This document shows, piece after piece, positions 1-12,900 of a stretch of 64,000 bases of DNA. Made by a program: the position numbers and the translations under genes. Location: positions 4,216,001 to 4,280,000 of the forward strand of contig OX597825.1 in assembly GCA_951406725.2 (NCBI GenBank). Reading direction: 5' to 3'. Each line of letters opens with the position of its first letter. Within the stretch, counting starts at the first letter, position 1. Below the pieces are notes generated by a model, which was not told where the DNA came from, ran no database searches, and was given only the letters and a program-made list of their open reading frames with translations. This stretch comes from Octopus vulgaris (lineage: Eukaryota).

Positions 1-169
1 TTCCGTCATTTTTATGGGATCTTCAGGTTATTTTTGGCCATTCCCCAGATCTCACCTTTGTGTTTTAGTGGAACTTTATGGTCTTAATTCCCTTCTGACT
101 ACTATTTTAGCATGCTGGTTGTGTCTCTACAACTCTTCATTAATAATTTAGATATATATGTATATATAT

Positions 170-378
170 AACGGGAAGGTTTGCGAAAATAAGCAAAAGA
201 CGAAGGCAGGTGGAGTACAAACAAGCAAATGTATTAGTAAGGCGCTCAGGAATAAAAATAGAACAAGTCTTTTACATTTCGAGCCTACGCTCTTCGACAG
301 AAAGATACACAGAAGAGAAACAAGGAGAGAAACAAGGAGAGAAAAATGCGTGTAGGAGCTAATGGTCTATCATGGCGT
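170..378 (-). mobile_element. Short Penelope-like terminal (pLTR-type) fragment between (TA)n tracts
   Basis: Flanked by (TA)n at about 151-170 and 379-389. Carries a hammerhead-like motif at 268-305. A second, internally deleted copy lies at 47177-47292 (shared gacgaagrcaggtgg...tgtattagta...cgctc). Confidence 0.6.
268..305 (-). ncRNA. Minimal type-I hammerhead-like motif (core variant CUGUCGA)
   Basis: Minus strand reads UCUUU-CUGUCGA-A-GAGC(GUAG)GCUC-GAA-AUGU-A-AAAGA. Stems I and II pair perfectly; helix III is one substitution from the ACGU palindrome. Confidence 0.6.
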
Positions 379-389
379 TATATATATAT

Positions 390-1102
390 TCGTAATGAGA
401 TAATAAAAAAAAACCAAGGCTGTATAGATTTTAGAACATTTGTAGATAGGAGGTCTTCTATCTGTTTCCACGATATTTATTATATCCCTTCAACAGAGAC
501 GGTGTGAGAGGATGGTTAAGTAATAGTTAATTTAGATAAGATACAAAATAGACAGTGAGGTGGAGGAAAGAAAATAGATGTGAGATATGTAGGGATTTTG
601 TGTAGATCCATTTTTAGGCAGAATGCTATACATATAGGGTTAACATTACCTTATGAGTAAAATCCAATAGTATTTAAATTGGTCATTCGAAGGATAGAGT
701 TTATACACAGCTATTAAATCAAGGGCTTTATTTAAAGTGACCTAAAAATAGGGAGTGTATTAGTAGGGACAGATCAAAAACTGGAAGAGAAGGATAGAGA
801 AAAAGAAAAGGAGAGAAAAAAAGAGAAAAAGAGAGAAGAAAGTAAGAAGAAAATTATAAAATAATAAAATGATAAAAGGTATAAAAAAAACAGGAAGAAA
901 GAAAGGGAAGAAAGAAAACAATAAAGATATAGATAAGGAAAAGTGTACGAGTTAGTGGTCAGTGGAGATAATTTGAAAGCAGGAGTGGGGAGATAAAGGG
1001 TGATAGAGAGAGAAAGGTATTAAAGTGTTTAAAATGAAGGAATGTGGGGGTTATAAAAGGCAAAGGAGTGACAAATGTGTCACGATAGAGTCTAAGTGAT
1101 GG

Positions 1103-1110
<8 letters not shown>
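390..1110 (-). mobile_element. Penelope-like 3'/pLTR region with degenerate hammerhead at 452-500
   Basis: Begins directly at (TA)n. Minus strand GUCU-CUGUUGA-A-GGGAUA..UAUC-GUG-GAA-ACAGAUAG-A-AGAC. Long purine-skewed (plus strand) low-complexity body. Confidence 0.45.
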
Positions 1111-1156
<46 letters not shown>

Positions 1157-1690
1157 GTAGTAAGGAATGAAGAATTTAGGAATTTCGATGGTTTGGCTGG
1201 TCAGTGCTTAGTAATATAATAGAAAATATATATGTGAAAATGTATACAGATGTATATATTAGACATGTATATATATATATATAAAGTTAATCCAAACATG
1301 AAATATATATATATACAGATGTTTATCCATATCCATATCTACACATATAACTCTTACTCGTATCTCTGTGCACACGTGCGTACCCACCTGCATGTATTTT
1401 CGCCCCTGTATACGCAGTTATATATAAATTGTGTACATACGTACATTCGCACATACACACATACATACATATAAGAGCATATAGACGTTGGGGGTGGGGG
1501 GAACCAGAGCGACCTGTCTCAAGTGCAACTGCCCTTAAACGGTACTTGACTGAGGAAAGAACGCCTTTTTCTTTTACTTTCCTTTTAATTGTTGTTTCTC
1601 TCGTCTGCCCTTGTATCGTCTATCCATCCGAATGTTTTATTGTCCTCTATTGCGTTTTTGTTCCATATATGTGTGTGTGTGTGTGTGTGT

Positions 1691-1770
1691 GGAGGCGCAG
1701 TGGCCCAGTCACTAGGGCAGCGGACATCCGGTCGTAGGATCGCGGTTTCGATACCCAGATCGGGCGTTGT
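1691..1770 (+). mobile_element. tRNA-derived SINE head (truncated)
   Basis: ggaggcgcagTGGCCCAGTCAC (A-box-like) ... GGTTTCGATACCC (B-box-like), with no tRNA 3' acceptor end. Confidence 0.6.
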
Positions 1771-1789
1771 CAGTGTAATTACCAATCGT

Positions 1790-1913
1790 ATGTATAACGT
1801 TTTTTTGTGTTTTCCTTAAATGGCTTATAAACACATTCCACGATGCAATTGTTTTCGTTCCAGCACCCGATCTCTGATCAGGTCATTTGCTATGGAAGTA
1901 CATCTCCGTAAGG
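1790..1913. repeat. Unclassified interspersed repeat, second copy at 49140-49333
   Basis: cttaaatggctta.aaacac.ttccacg.tgcaattgttttcgtt.cagcac..gatctc.gatca..tca.ttgctatg..agtacatct is shared with 49237-49330. Both copies end at a (TA)n tract. Confidence 0.75.
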
Positions 1914-2178
1914 TATATATATATATATATATTTAAAAATAAGGATAAAATCTTTATAAGAAATTATCAGTAGTTACCGTGAAAAACCTCGTAAGAGAAA
2001 AAATCTATAAATAATCTAAAATAATCAAATGCAAAACTTCAAAGCAAGTCATTTAAAAACAGAATTTAGTTAGATATCACCTGTGATTTCGCAATCAATA
2101 CAGAATTTTAGTAGTTTTGACTGCAAAAGTCCCTCCTAGCGTGCGGTACCTATGAATAATAGTACCCGCTATATAATA

Positions 2179-2255
<77 letters not shown>

Positions 2256-2794
2256 GTATATACGGCTGTGTGCTTGGAGGGGTATTGTTAGTGTGTGTGT
2301 ATTATGTGTTGCGTGTGCGCATAGGGTCTGTACTCACAACGTATACATAATTCAATTTACATTACTTCGGGTTGCTTGGAAAACAGAAAATCGAAATATG
2401 GAGATATATTACATTTTATAAAAAGTCGTTTAGTTTGAAAAATTTCATCTGTGCATGTTAAAAAAATAAAAAGAGTGCATTAATGCAACGTCTACAGGCT
2501 TCATATAAATGTGTATACATAGTTTTATAATATACGTACACAAATATGCATATGATATATCTTTTGGCTGCAAGGCCTACACTCTGACGGTAAACTGTGA
2601 GCAATTAAATATATGTTATGGCTCTGTTTCTAGGCAGTATTTGTGTGTAATCGTGAACAGTTAATTCCCACACAGATACATACAGATAAGTATGTGCTAA
2701 TTTAGGGAGACAGAGTGAGAGAGAGAGAGAGATAGAATGAGACAGTTAGAGAGAAATATGTCTGCAGCGATAATATATGTATATATACACACAC

Positions 2795-2834
<40 letters not shown>

Positions 2835-2836
2835 AC

Positions 2837-2868
<32 letters not shown>

Positions 2869-2955
2869 GTATATACACACACACATATATATAAATATAT
2901 ATATAAACATATATCACATATATCTATCTATATTTTTGTCTATATATATATATAC

Positions 2956-3149
2956 TCCTTTACTCCTATACTTGATTCAGTCATTTGACTGCGGCCGTGC
3001 TGGAGCACCACCTTTAGTCGAGCAAATCGACCCCGGGACTTATTCTTTGTAAGCCCAGTACTTATTCTATCGGTCTCTTTTTGACGTAAACACACCAGCA
3101 TCGGTTGTCAAGCAATACTAGGGGGACAAACACAGACACACAAACACAG

Positions 3150-3180
<31 letters not shown>

Positions 3181-3359
3181 TATATATATACATATATACG
3201 ACAGGCTTTCAGTTTCCGTCTACCAAATCCACTCACAAAGCATTGGTCGGCCCGGGGCTATAGTAGAAGATACTTGCCCAAGATGCCACGCAGTGGGACT
3301 GAACCTGCAACCATGTGGTTGGTTAGCAAGCTACTTACCACACAGCCACTCCTGCGCCT
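2956..3359 (-). mobile_element. Near full-length tRNA-derived SINE (abundant Octopus OK/OR-like family)
   Basis: Minus strand ggcgcaggagTGGCTGTGTGGT (A box) ... GGTTCAGTCCC (B box), internal (TA)/(TG) tract, tail ..ccgcagtcaaatgactgaa. Related copies at 4007, 25065, 26922, 27466 and 28715. Confidence 0.85.
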
Positions 3360-3763
3360 ATGCTTGCATGTATATATGTATGTGTGTGTGTGTGTGTAAG
3401 TCTACACAAAGACAGAAAATAGAGAAACATGCATATGTATATATATATATGCGCATATATATACATACACATATACATACATAAACACATACCTGCATGT
3501 ATACATATATTCATACAAACACACTAAGCCAGACTGTTTTATGTTTAAGCCTTTTTTCAGTGAATATGTACGAATGTATGACTAATTTTCTAGATCACAG
3601 AGCGCGTACCTGCTGGAAGCTATAGCTTGGAGCTTTATCTCCTCTCTTACCACCTCTCAAAGTATTCAAATAGAAAATATAGTCCATAACATATAGTTAC
3701 ATAGCCAAAGTAACATATTGTAACATATCTCTCGTATATATACACTTTATAGCATCGTCCGTG

Positions 3764-3840
<77 letters not shown>

Positions 3841-4006
3841 GTGTATAACGATAATAAAGATATAATTTTTTTTGTACAATATTATATAGGTGAATAAATG
3901 ATTAGACATGTCTTTCATGATACTTTTTCCACTTCAATAATTAGATGTTAATTATTACACTGAAAAAAATTACCCGAAATTCTATTTGTATTCATTTTTT
4001 GAAAAG

Positions 4007-4092
4007 CCAGGAGTGGGTGTGTGGTAAGTAGCTTCGTTACGAACCATATGGTGCCGGGTTCATTCCTACTGCATGGCACCTAGGGCAAATAT
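4007..4092 (+). mobile_element. SINE head fragment, same family as 2956-3359
   Basis: caggagtgggtgtgtggtaagtagctt...ccgggttcattcctactgcatggcacctagggcaa. Confidence 0.75.
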
Positions 4093-4723
4093 CGTTGGGC
4101 TCGAAAGCTGCGGTCATGCTGTAGCCTCGCCGTTAGCTTTGCATCAGCTTCACTTCTTGAAACCAAACCTTTTCTGATAGATGATATTTGGTGAATGCGG
4201 AAGTTTGATGCAGCCTCCCTCATCAGCAATTCCCGGTGGGAATCAGGCTCAAATGGAGCTGTTGACAGGAGCATATATCACGCCCACATTTACGTTGCTG
4301 ATCAGCTTCTTTAACACCGGGTCATTGTGCTGTATGAGCTATAATTGTGAGGCTTATATATGTCGTCACTTTTATATTAGAGTTGCGATGCAAAGTAACT
4401 ATACTGCGTAAAGTCGAATTTAGTTGTGACAGTCAGTATATTTCGAAAGTCAAAATATTTTACCCAAACTTTATTTTGCCGGTTGACATTTTAAATTTGG
4501 TGCCGTGTCAGCTGGAATTTAAGAGCTCTGAGTATTTAGATTCTCCCCTTCTTTATAAGGTATTTTTGATATAAGGTTTGCTTCGATAATATTATAAGAT
4601 GATTTTATACCGAATTTTGTTCATTGCAGGCAAACGGTAATTGTAAAATTCGTAAATTGAAAGGACCAAGGAGACTAAAGCATTTTCAAATGTGTATAAC
4701 CTTTTTTTGCGCCATTCTAAACT

Positions 4724-4767
4724 AAACTATCCGACGAACGGGCACGCGAAACTCTGAGTAACAGTTT
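4724..4767 (+). ncRNA. Type-I hammerhead-like motif, family shared with 44649-44698
   Basis: AAACUAU-CCGACGA-A-CG(GGCA)CG-C-GAA-ACUC(U)GAGU-A-ACAGUUU. Quasi-palindromic helix III; followed by a short tail and (TA)n at about 4801. Confidence 0.6.
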
Positions 4768-5621
4768 TTGTGATATTATTGCTACTTTTAAATAAACTTA
4801 ATATAAATATATATATATATATATTCGTAAAAGCGAATCGTAAGTAAGTTCTATTCTCTTGAAATACATTCGAATTTATGATTACTCTTACTACTAACAC
4901 ATTTTCACTGTTTTCACTTACCTTTCCTTATATGACTTATTTTAAGTTTTAAGTTCCTACCTTTTATTTCTCCGTTACTTCCTCTGTCATCCCTCACTCC
5001 CTTACTATTGCTAATCTTCATCCAGTCTAATCTCCATCTTCTCCCCTACTGTCTAATTAACTTCTCTGTTTACTCCTTTTACCATATTTTAAAACTTATA
5101 TATAACTATATATTTCTAACCTATTAATACACTGGTTTTATCAATTCCTATCTATATCTTCCTCACCTGACCCCTGTCACTTTTTCTCCTACCTCTCTAC
5201 ATCTTCCTCATCTGCCAACATCGTTCACTTCCTATCTTGACTTCGTCTGTGCTTTTGTTTTAGTCTTCCTGTCCTTATCTCTTAATGATAAAAAAATTTG
5301 TTAGAAAATATCAGTATACCAACCAGACATTATTTATATCGAATATATATTATTTCTTCATCTGCCGGTATTTTTATCAACCTATTTAGATGATATCCTA
5401 TATTCCTCAACATTCTAACTTCATCTCATTACAACATATTCCCAATTTGCGTGCCTCGACTTCGTGCTATCATAGATATATTGGCCGAAGATTGAATGAG
5501 AAAGGACGATTGTTCAAATAAATTACATACAAAACTATCAGGGACACGTTAGAACGCATGCACACACACTCAGACACACACACATATGCACGTATTATAT
5601 ATATATGTATACACATGCATG

Positions 5622-5687
<66 letters not shown>

Positions 5688-5722
5688 CGAGAAAAAGGAT
5701 AAAATGGAGAAACATTAGTTTA

Positions 5723-5829
5723 CTCAAAAATTGTTGGTGGCCTGGAATTTGTTGATGGTGCACGTCTTTGCCCTAAAATCTCAAAATTGTTGGTGGCCTA
5801 TTTTGATGGTGCACGTCTTGCCCTAAAAT
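5723..5829. repeat. Imperfect tandem duplication of about 55 bp
   Basis: ctcaaaa(a)ttgttggtggcct...ttgatggtgcacgtctt(t)gccctaaaat occurs twice, starting at 5723 and 5780. Confidence 0.9.
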
Positions 5830-6324
5830 ATTTGACCACATCTTCATATGAGTATTAATGATCTTCTCTCTCTCTCCTCATATTCCCATATCGTTGTTTC
5901 CCTCATATTGGATATGTGGGGTTGCATTGCCTGGATGTAGTTGGGCAGGCTGTCTAGCGACATTCTGCCGGACTGATCCTTCGGGAAGCACACACTTCTT
6001 GTTCGCTGTATGATCTTGCGCATGCCACCTGCGGACTTCTTGTCGAGTTGTTGCGCCTCTTTATCACTCTGTCTTCTAGTATATGGTTCTAAAATCTGAC
6101 TACGTTTAGTACTGGCTATGGCGAATCGTGCTTCTGTTTCGTCATTTGAGGGATGCAAACTCTTTTGCTGAAGAGTACGGTTGTCGGATAAACATGGTTC
6201 ATATCGTATGATTTATCCCACGGATTGAAGAATAAGGCCTGGAAATGGTTGGTGTCATATGCGTTGTACCACTATCGATCATATCATTTCTCTGGTTAAC
6301 GTCTCCTTTGTTGGTTCCAGTGAA

Positions 6325-6641
6325 AGCGCGTGGCTTAGTGGTTAGGGCATTCAGCTCGCGATCGTAATGTCGTGAGTTCAATTCTAGGTGGCATGTTGTG
6401 TCCTTGAGCTTGACACTTTATTTCACGTTGCTACAGTCTACTCAGCTGGCAAAAATGAGTAGTACCTGTATTTCATAGGGTCAGCCTTGTCACACTCTGT
6501 GTCACGCTGAATCACCCTGAGAATTATGTTACGAGTACACGTGACTGTGGAGTTCTCAGTTACTTGTTCGTTAATTTCACGAGCAAGCTGTTCCGTTGAT
6601 CGTATCAGCTGGGACCCTCGTCGTCATAACCGACCGAGTGT
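6325..6641 (+). mobile_element. tRNA-derived CORE-type SINE
   Basis: A box TGGCTTAGTGG, B box GAGTTCAATTC, then a CORE-like block tgtgtccttgagcttgacacttta...cagtctactcagctggcaaaaatgagta. A decayed relative lies at about 21000-21130. Confidence 0.75.
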
Positions 6642-7284
6642 TCCTTCAAGCTCCAACGAATTTTTGTAAATGCTTTTTCTATTTCGGTGAGAGAACCCTT
6701 TATATATATACCTTTAAGTATACGGTGAACTTCGGTGGTAGTTAGAGTATGGACTATTCTTCCGAGTCGATTGTTGTACGTCTATAGATGTTCACACTAT
6801 TGTCCCTGCAGAATTCGACCGTTAGTGAGCTGTCAGCCATCTATATACCATCGTGTGAATTTCTTGTTGTAGTGTTTCTCGCATTTGCATCTGACATAAA
6901 AGCTTTCTTCTTCTATAATGTTCTCTAAGGTTGTTATGTATGTTGGTTTGGTGATGTATTTTACATCCCGTTGTAACATGCTTCTGCGTTTCTCTTGTTG
7001 CTTTCGTTCTGTATATATTCTATTCTTAGTGTTTAGCATTATTGGTCTTTTTAGTCTTTCCACCTATCCTCTTGTTAGTTGTAGCTTTTCCACCTTGTTA
7101 GAAGTTGTTGTGTTGTGTCTCTCTTCTTAAGACAACAGAAAATAGTTTTTTTCAGCGCCTTGCTTGCCTGGCTTACGTCGTTACGTTTATCAATTCCTTT
7201 TGCAAGATTCCTGAGGTGAAACGGTATGTTGAAACGGATATTTTTGTATTTCGGGATGATCATATATATATGTATGTGTATATT

Positions 7285-7339
<55 letters not shown>

Positions 7340-7378
7340 TTATATATATATATATAATACGACAAACACTACAACAAG

Positions 7379-7442
<64 letters not shown>

Positions 7443-7501
7443 ATAGATAGATAGATAGATCGATAGATAGGTAGATAGATCGATATATAGATACATACAT
7501 A

Positions 7502-7595
<94 letters not shown>

Positions 7596-7599
7596 TATA

Positions 7600-8640
7600 G
7601 GTTCTGTACAAAAATGTTGTTATATATCGATAACTAAATATTGGATATTTAGTTTGTGTTTGTAGCAATATTTTCATTTGTGTTCTAACACTTTTGCAAT
7701 ATGTACAAGAAGCTATCGTTTCTTCCTTTCGTGTTTATATATGGTTTCGACAGTTCAATATTTGATTAAAAAGAAAGAGTTGAACTAAGCCTGGAGATAT
7801 GCTATAATTATTGCGAATGAAAATTAAAATAACGAATGTGTTTATAATACTTGATTTATTGTGGCAAAATGGAAGAATTCCAACATCATATTTACAGAGG
7901 TCTGAAATAATCTTATGTAACATTTGAATGAAACAGATTGTTAGGGTGCCGTTGATGAACAGTTATAGAGCTGGACCATGTTTCAGTGAGTTACAATTGA
8001 TGTATGTCTAATAATGTATTATTACATCTATCACATCTGTGAATCTGTTTTATTACAATTGAGTAGGATTTGCAAGGATTTGCAACCAAAAAATATCTGA
8101 GGCAGTGGCTAAAATCAAAGGACCATGAATATATAAAGAGAACTTCATTTAGCCAATGTCATCCAGCTACAGAGATCCAATTTAAAGTTAGAATGTGCGC
8201 TGTTCAAGTCATGCCAAATTTATTTTTAAATGATTCTACATTGAATTCTCATCAGGTTTAGGGTCCATAAGTAGCTGCTTCATATGGAGAATGTTTATTC
8301 TATGCGTACAAATGTGGAATAAAGTGAATTCTAATAGTGATGAGAGTCGTATTGTCGGTTTCCGGAAATGGGGTTGCTATTTATGGACTAATGAACCCTG
8401 TCAGGGCAGGAAATCGAAGCGGCAGTTGATATAACTAAATAGATTTTTTTATGCTTTGGCTCAGTTTTTGCTACGTTTACGAAGGGAAGGATATGTTGGA
8501 TTAGGGTTGAATCGAGATGCAAGAAGCGTACATAGTAAAATATGTTCACAACTGGAGTGATTGTAAATTTCAATATAATACATTAAATTTAATCTAGATC
8601 GTCGCAGGTTATACAATAATAAAACATATTTGAACATGTT
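7600..8640 (-). pseudogene. Decayed Penelope-like RT-thumb/GIY-YIG coding remnant
   Basis: Minus-strand peptides in the expected order: FLHLDS (cf. YLHFDSxHP), ATYGP (cf. TYNP), GCKS, CDRCNN..ITVHQRH (cf. CxxC..YIGQT..TVHRQ), GILPFC. Many stops and frameshifts; bounded by (TA)n tracts. Confidence 0.5.
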
Positions 8641-8657
8641 ATATGTATGTATGTATA

Positions 8658-8722
<65 letters not shown>

Positions 8723-8869
8723 CATCTGTCACGTGTCTGTTGTGAAAGAGGTTGTGTGTTGTTCTAGACTGAAAGGGCTGAAGTCTTTTCTGTTTCGTCT
8801 ATCGCTATCAACTTTTTCAGATAGCATCTGAAAAGGAAAGTGAGGGTTGAGAAAGAAGTGCTGATTTCT

Positions 8870-8992
8870 ACTAATCGAAAGGAAGAAAAGCCAAGTCGAC
8901 CACGGCGGAATTTGAACTCCGAACGTAGTGGCAGACGAAATACCGCTAAGGAATTAGCCCGGCGTGCTAACGTTTCTACCAGCTCACCATCT
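8870..8992 (-). mobile_element. Meta-domain-type SINE fragment
   Basis: Minus strand ggtgagctggtagaaacgttagcacgccggg...GAGTTCAAATTCC...ggtcgacttggcttttcttcctttcg, matching the 16000-16596 family. Confidence 0.8.
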
Positions 8993-9210
8993 TCTCCAAG
9001 AAGAAATATTGTTAAAAAAAAATTCTCCATTATAAGCAACGTACTTCGGATTACTTTGTACGCGTCAGTCAAATCTGCTTTGAATAAATTCAGCCGTGGA
9101 ATATGTTATCTTCTTTTACAAGCCTAAATTAATCGAGATATTGTCACCAAATGTCTGTACTATGTGTGTGTGTGTGTGAGTGCCTGCGCGTGTATATACT
9201 TACATATATA

Positions 9211-9264
<54 letters not shown>

Positions 9265-9300
9265 CATAACAAACGTACACACATTTATATAACATATATA

Positions 9301-9340
<40 letters not shown>

Positions 9341-9866
9341 ATATTATAAATAGCCTGATATCATCAGCTTGTATAATATATGCGATAAAGCAATTATAGA
9401 TAAGAAGTATTATTTTCTATAGAATTCCAGAAATTATCCCACAGCACCGGGGTCGTACTAGTGATAAATATTACAGAAGTAACGAAGGCTTTACCATTAA
9501 ATAATAGTAAATTCTGCAATGATATATTTATCAGTGACAAGGTTATTCCGAGTGTCATTTGCCGATATTAACAGAACTGTCAATCTCTCGCTTCTCAGAA
9601 GATTTTATTCCGAAAACGGAGCTGAGAAAACATAGAAATTCCAGTAGATATACAAGTCTGTATAATTCCACAATCACCGTGAATGTCTAATAGGGAAATA
9701 TGAAATATCTTTAATAAAAAAGAATTATTTAATTTAATATAGATCTGTCTAAAATATAAATTTTCTATAGTGTGTAGATGTTCTTGTTCATTTGCCTGAG
9801 ATTTTATCTCTGTGTATGTATATATATATGCATACATATATACGTAATTATTCGTATGTATGCGTG

Positions 9867-9924
<58 letters not shown>

Positions 9925-12900
9925 TGAGTGTGTATCTACGTATGTGTATTATTGAAGTAGACTGATATTGAGAGTAGATTATCACAGATTTAGGAAAATA
10001 TAATTCTAAATCTGTGAACAAAAAAAATTGATTTTCTCTGTTTTTGTTCTTTGTTTCCTACATTTTTGTCTGAGACTGTTTGAAACCATTGATTACACAA
10101 TGTATTAGGAAGCTTTATTTTGATTTTACTTCATTGCAACTGTGTCTGCCAAAACCTGCTGTTATTTACACTATAACTAATGTTGCAACGACCAAATGTT
10201 GAGGTATTTCATTTGGATGTATATACATACATACATACATACATACATACATACATACATACATACATGCATGCATACATACATACATACATACATATAT
10301 ATATATATCTATATATATATATGTATGTATATATATATTGTGTGTGTGTGTAAATATGTATATACATGTACATATATATATATCTATATATCTATATATC
10401 TATATATATATATGTAGTGCACGTCAGGTTGCCAAGTGTGTTTTTGTAGGAACGGATGTGGGTGAGCGTGAGAGTTCGTATGTTAGCGGAGACACTCTAT
10501 AGAATCAACAGCTAGCTTCGAATTTATACGATTCTACAGAAATCACTTATTAAAATGGTTGTTAAACTGAGGCAGAAATTGATGTGTTATTAAGGGGCTA
10601 TTTTCGTTTGTTTCTTATTTGTTTTTCAGAACCAGTCAAATATTTTTCCTGTATATTTAGATCCCGTTATTTCCAGGTCTAGCTAGCATATTTTGGTCTT
10701 TGTCATTCTTCAACTTGGCCTCACTTATTTTAGACATTCTATTATTATATTACGCTAGATCTGAATGTCATTTCCAACAGTAAGAGGCATTATTTAGAAG
10801 CACTTTAAATTCTAGCACATCCTGTCATCTATAGTTTCTATTTTCGTTGTTCTATCTATCAGGTATACCATCTTGGACTTTTTTGTGTTTAAAATCTTCG
10901 TAATCGGTAATAAAACAACCGAAATAATCCCTGCCTCCAGTTTCTGGATTGATAAACTCGTCGTCACCCATCAATTTATTTATTGGGTTGTTTTTTTTCA
11001 TAATTGCTTATGTCTTATAATGCATATGAATATTTTCAGCCTTTAATCTCTGACAAGGTATCTCTTGATCTATACTTCATTTGCATTTAACAAATGTGAC
11101 CGTTGTAACAAAGGAAAAAAGAGAATCGATGAAGTTTATAAATAAGCACGTTTTAAGATAATTCTCGACTTGTTCATATTTGAACTTGCCAACATGAGAT
11201 ATCTACAAATATGCGAACGCGGTGGAGCATCATTACACAAAATGGCAAGCTGGAACCCCGACCGAAAACACCATTATCATGAAATTTACTACGACTCACA
11301 GAGTTAATTGATGAAAAAGGAAATATAACAGCGAAAAACGTGGTGGACCATACTTAAGCTAGCAGAATTGATAGAAAATAATCGAACAGCTTTGAAATGC
11401 ATGCAGTCTAACAAAACAAAAAATCATTATATTCACAAAATTTGCTTCCGGCATCTAAATGCAATTCTTGACACATATCTCCCTATTCTCAAAACCCTTT
11501 TCTTATATTCTTCATGATGCACCATAATGTTTTTTCTTTCTTTTCATGTCACCTGTTGCATTCCTATTTTTGTTTCATTTTTCCGTCTTTTCGTTTTCCA
11601 CGTTTCTCAAAATATGCAGCAGCAGATTATTTTTTTTATTGATTATTGGCGATGGTATTGTCTGCTAGTAAGAACCCTATTTCAGGGGCGAGTGTTATAA
11701 CAGCGACACAGATAGCTATATATTTATCAGCAAATCCATCTTGCATTGACGATCCTACACTATACTTTGGCTAATTGTAAATATATTCTACTGGTACTAA
11801 AGTTTCATAATTGTTCCAAGAGCACAGCTTACTAATAAATATAGTATCATTTGCATTAATTGTTCAAGTTAAGGGTTTAATTACTAATTTTGAACCATTT
11901 ATTATGCAATTTGCAACTGAAATACACTGAGCAGCAATTAAACAGTGAAGATTGAATTGATATTAGAGAATAATTCTGTAGAAGAGTCATTCACGAAACA
12001 GTCATCCTTTTCCCATTTGTCATCGAATGTTCTGACTATATTTGGAATCGGTGCGAGATGGTAATACATTGAGTAAAATTACGGAGTCAATAGATGGCAT
12101 AGCAATTATTTCCACCTCGGTATCTATACACTGACTACTTTGGTTGTTTCGTCTACCTCGGTTGACGTTGTGTCCTTTATTGAGACGGCGTAGCAAAACA
12201 TCCAACCGTCACTCAGAACCTTTAAGTGCATGCATATTCAGGCTGGTCACATTTTCATTCCATGAACTCAACTGGAAATGGATCATACACCTCGCTTGCA
12301 CTAAGAAATTCCTTATGTTCAATCATTCATATGATATAAATGATGGTCAAATGATATACACTTGTGTTTGTCGTCCATTCTTAATTTTAGCAGGAACACA
12401 GCCAAACTTCAGACTAAATGCATCTACATTGCCTGGCAGACTCTTTTTTCAACGTCTCGACCATTTTTCAAAAGCTCCTTTTCTTATGTTGATAATATAT
12501 CTGAATGTAATATTTCTTAAAGGTAATTGGCAACCAATAGCAGTTATCTTATAAAATGTTGATAGGTCGTCCCTGACAACACGAATAGAAATATATAACT
12601 CTAACGGTATCAAGTGGATATTTGTCACACCTGATCTTATTTTATTCGTTACGGAGCAGATTTCCTTCGAAATGTACTTAATTCAAAACTCCTACTAGTT
12701 CGCGATATTGTCTGAGAGAACTCTTCATACAACCCGCTTACTTTCATTTGTCACTGAATCTCTTCCATGGTCTTCTTTAACAGGTAGCCATCAGTCAGTT
12801 ATTAATCATAAAGGAACATTTCATACAGTAACATTTTATATTATCTCAAATGGCTCTCCCGTGTGAACGCGAGTGTGTCGTCTTGCTATTTAAGAAAGCA

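Noticed and set aside
1691-1770. tRNA gene (also 6325-6390)
   Set aside because: A/B boxes are present but there is no closed acceptor stem or Pol III terminator; these are SINE heads.
6720-7120. CKCEKHY-containing minus ORF as a GIY-YIG domain
   Set aside because: No YIG-like motif or other landmarks follow; left unassigned.
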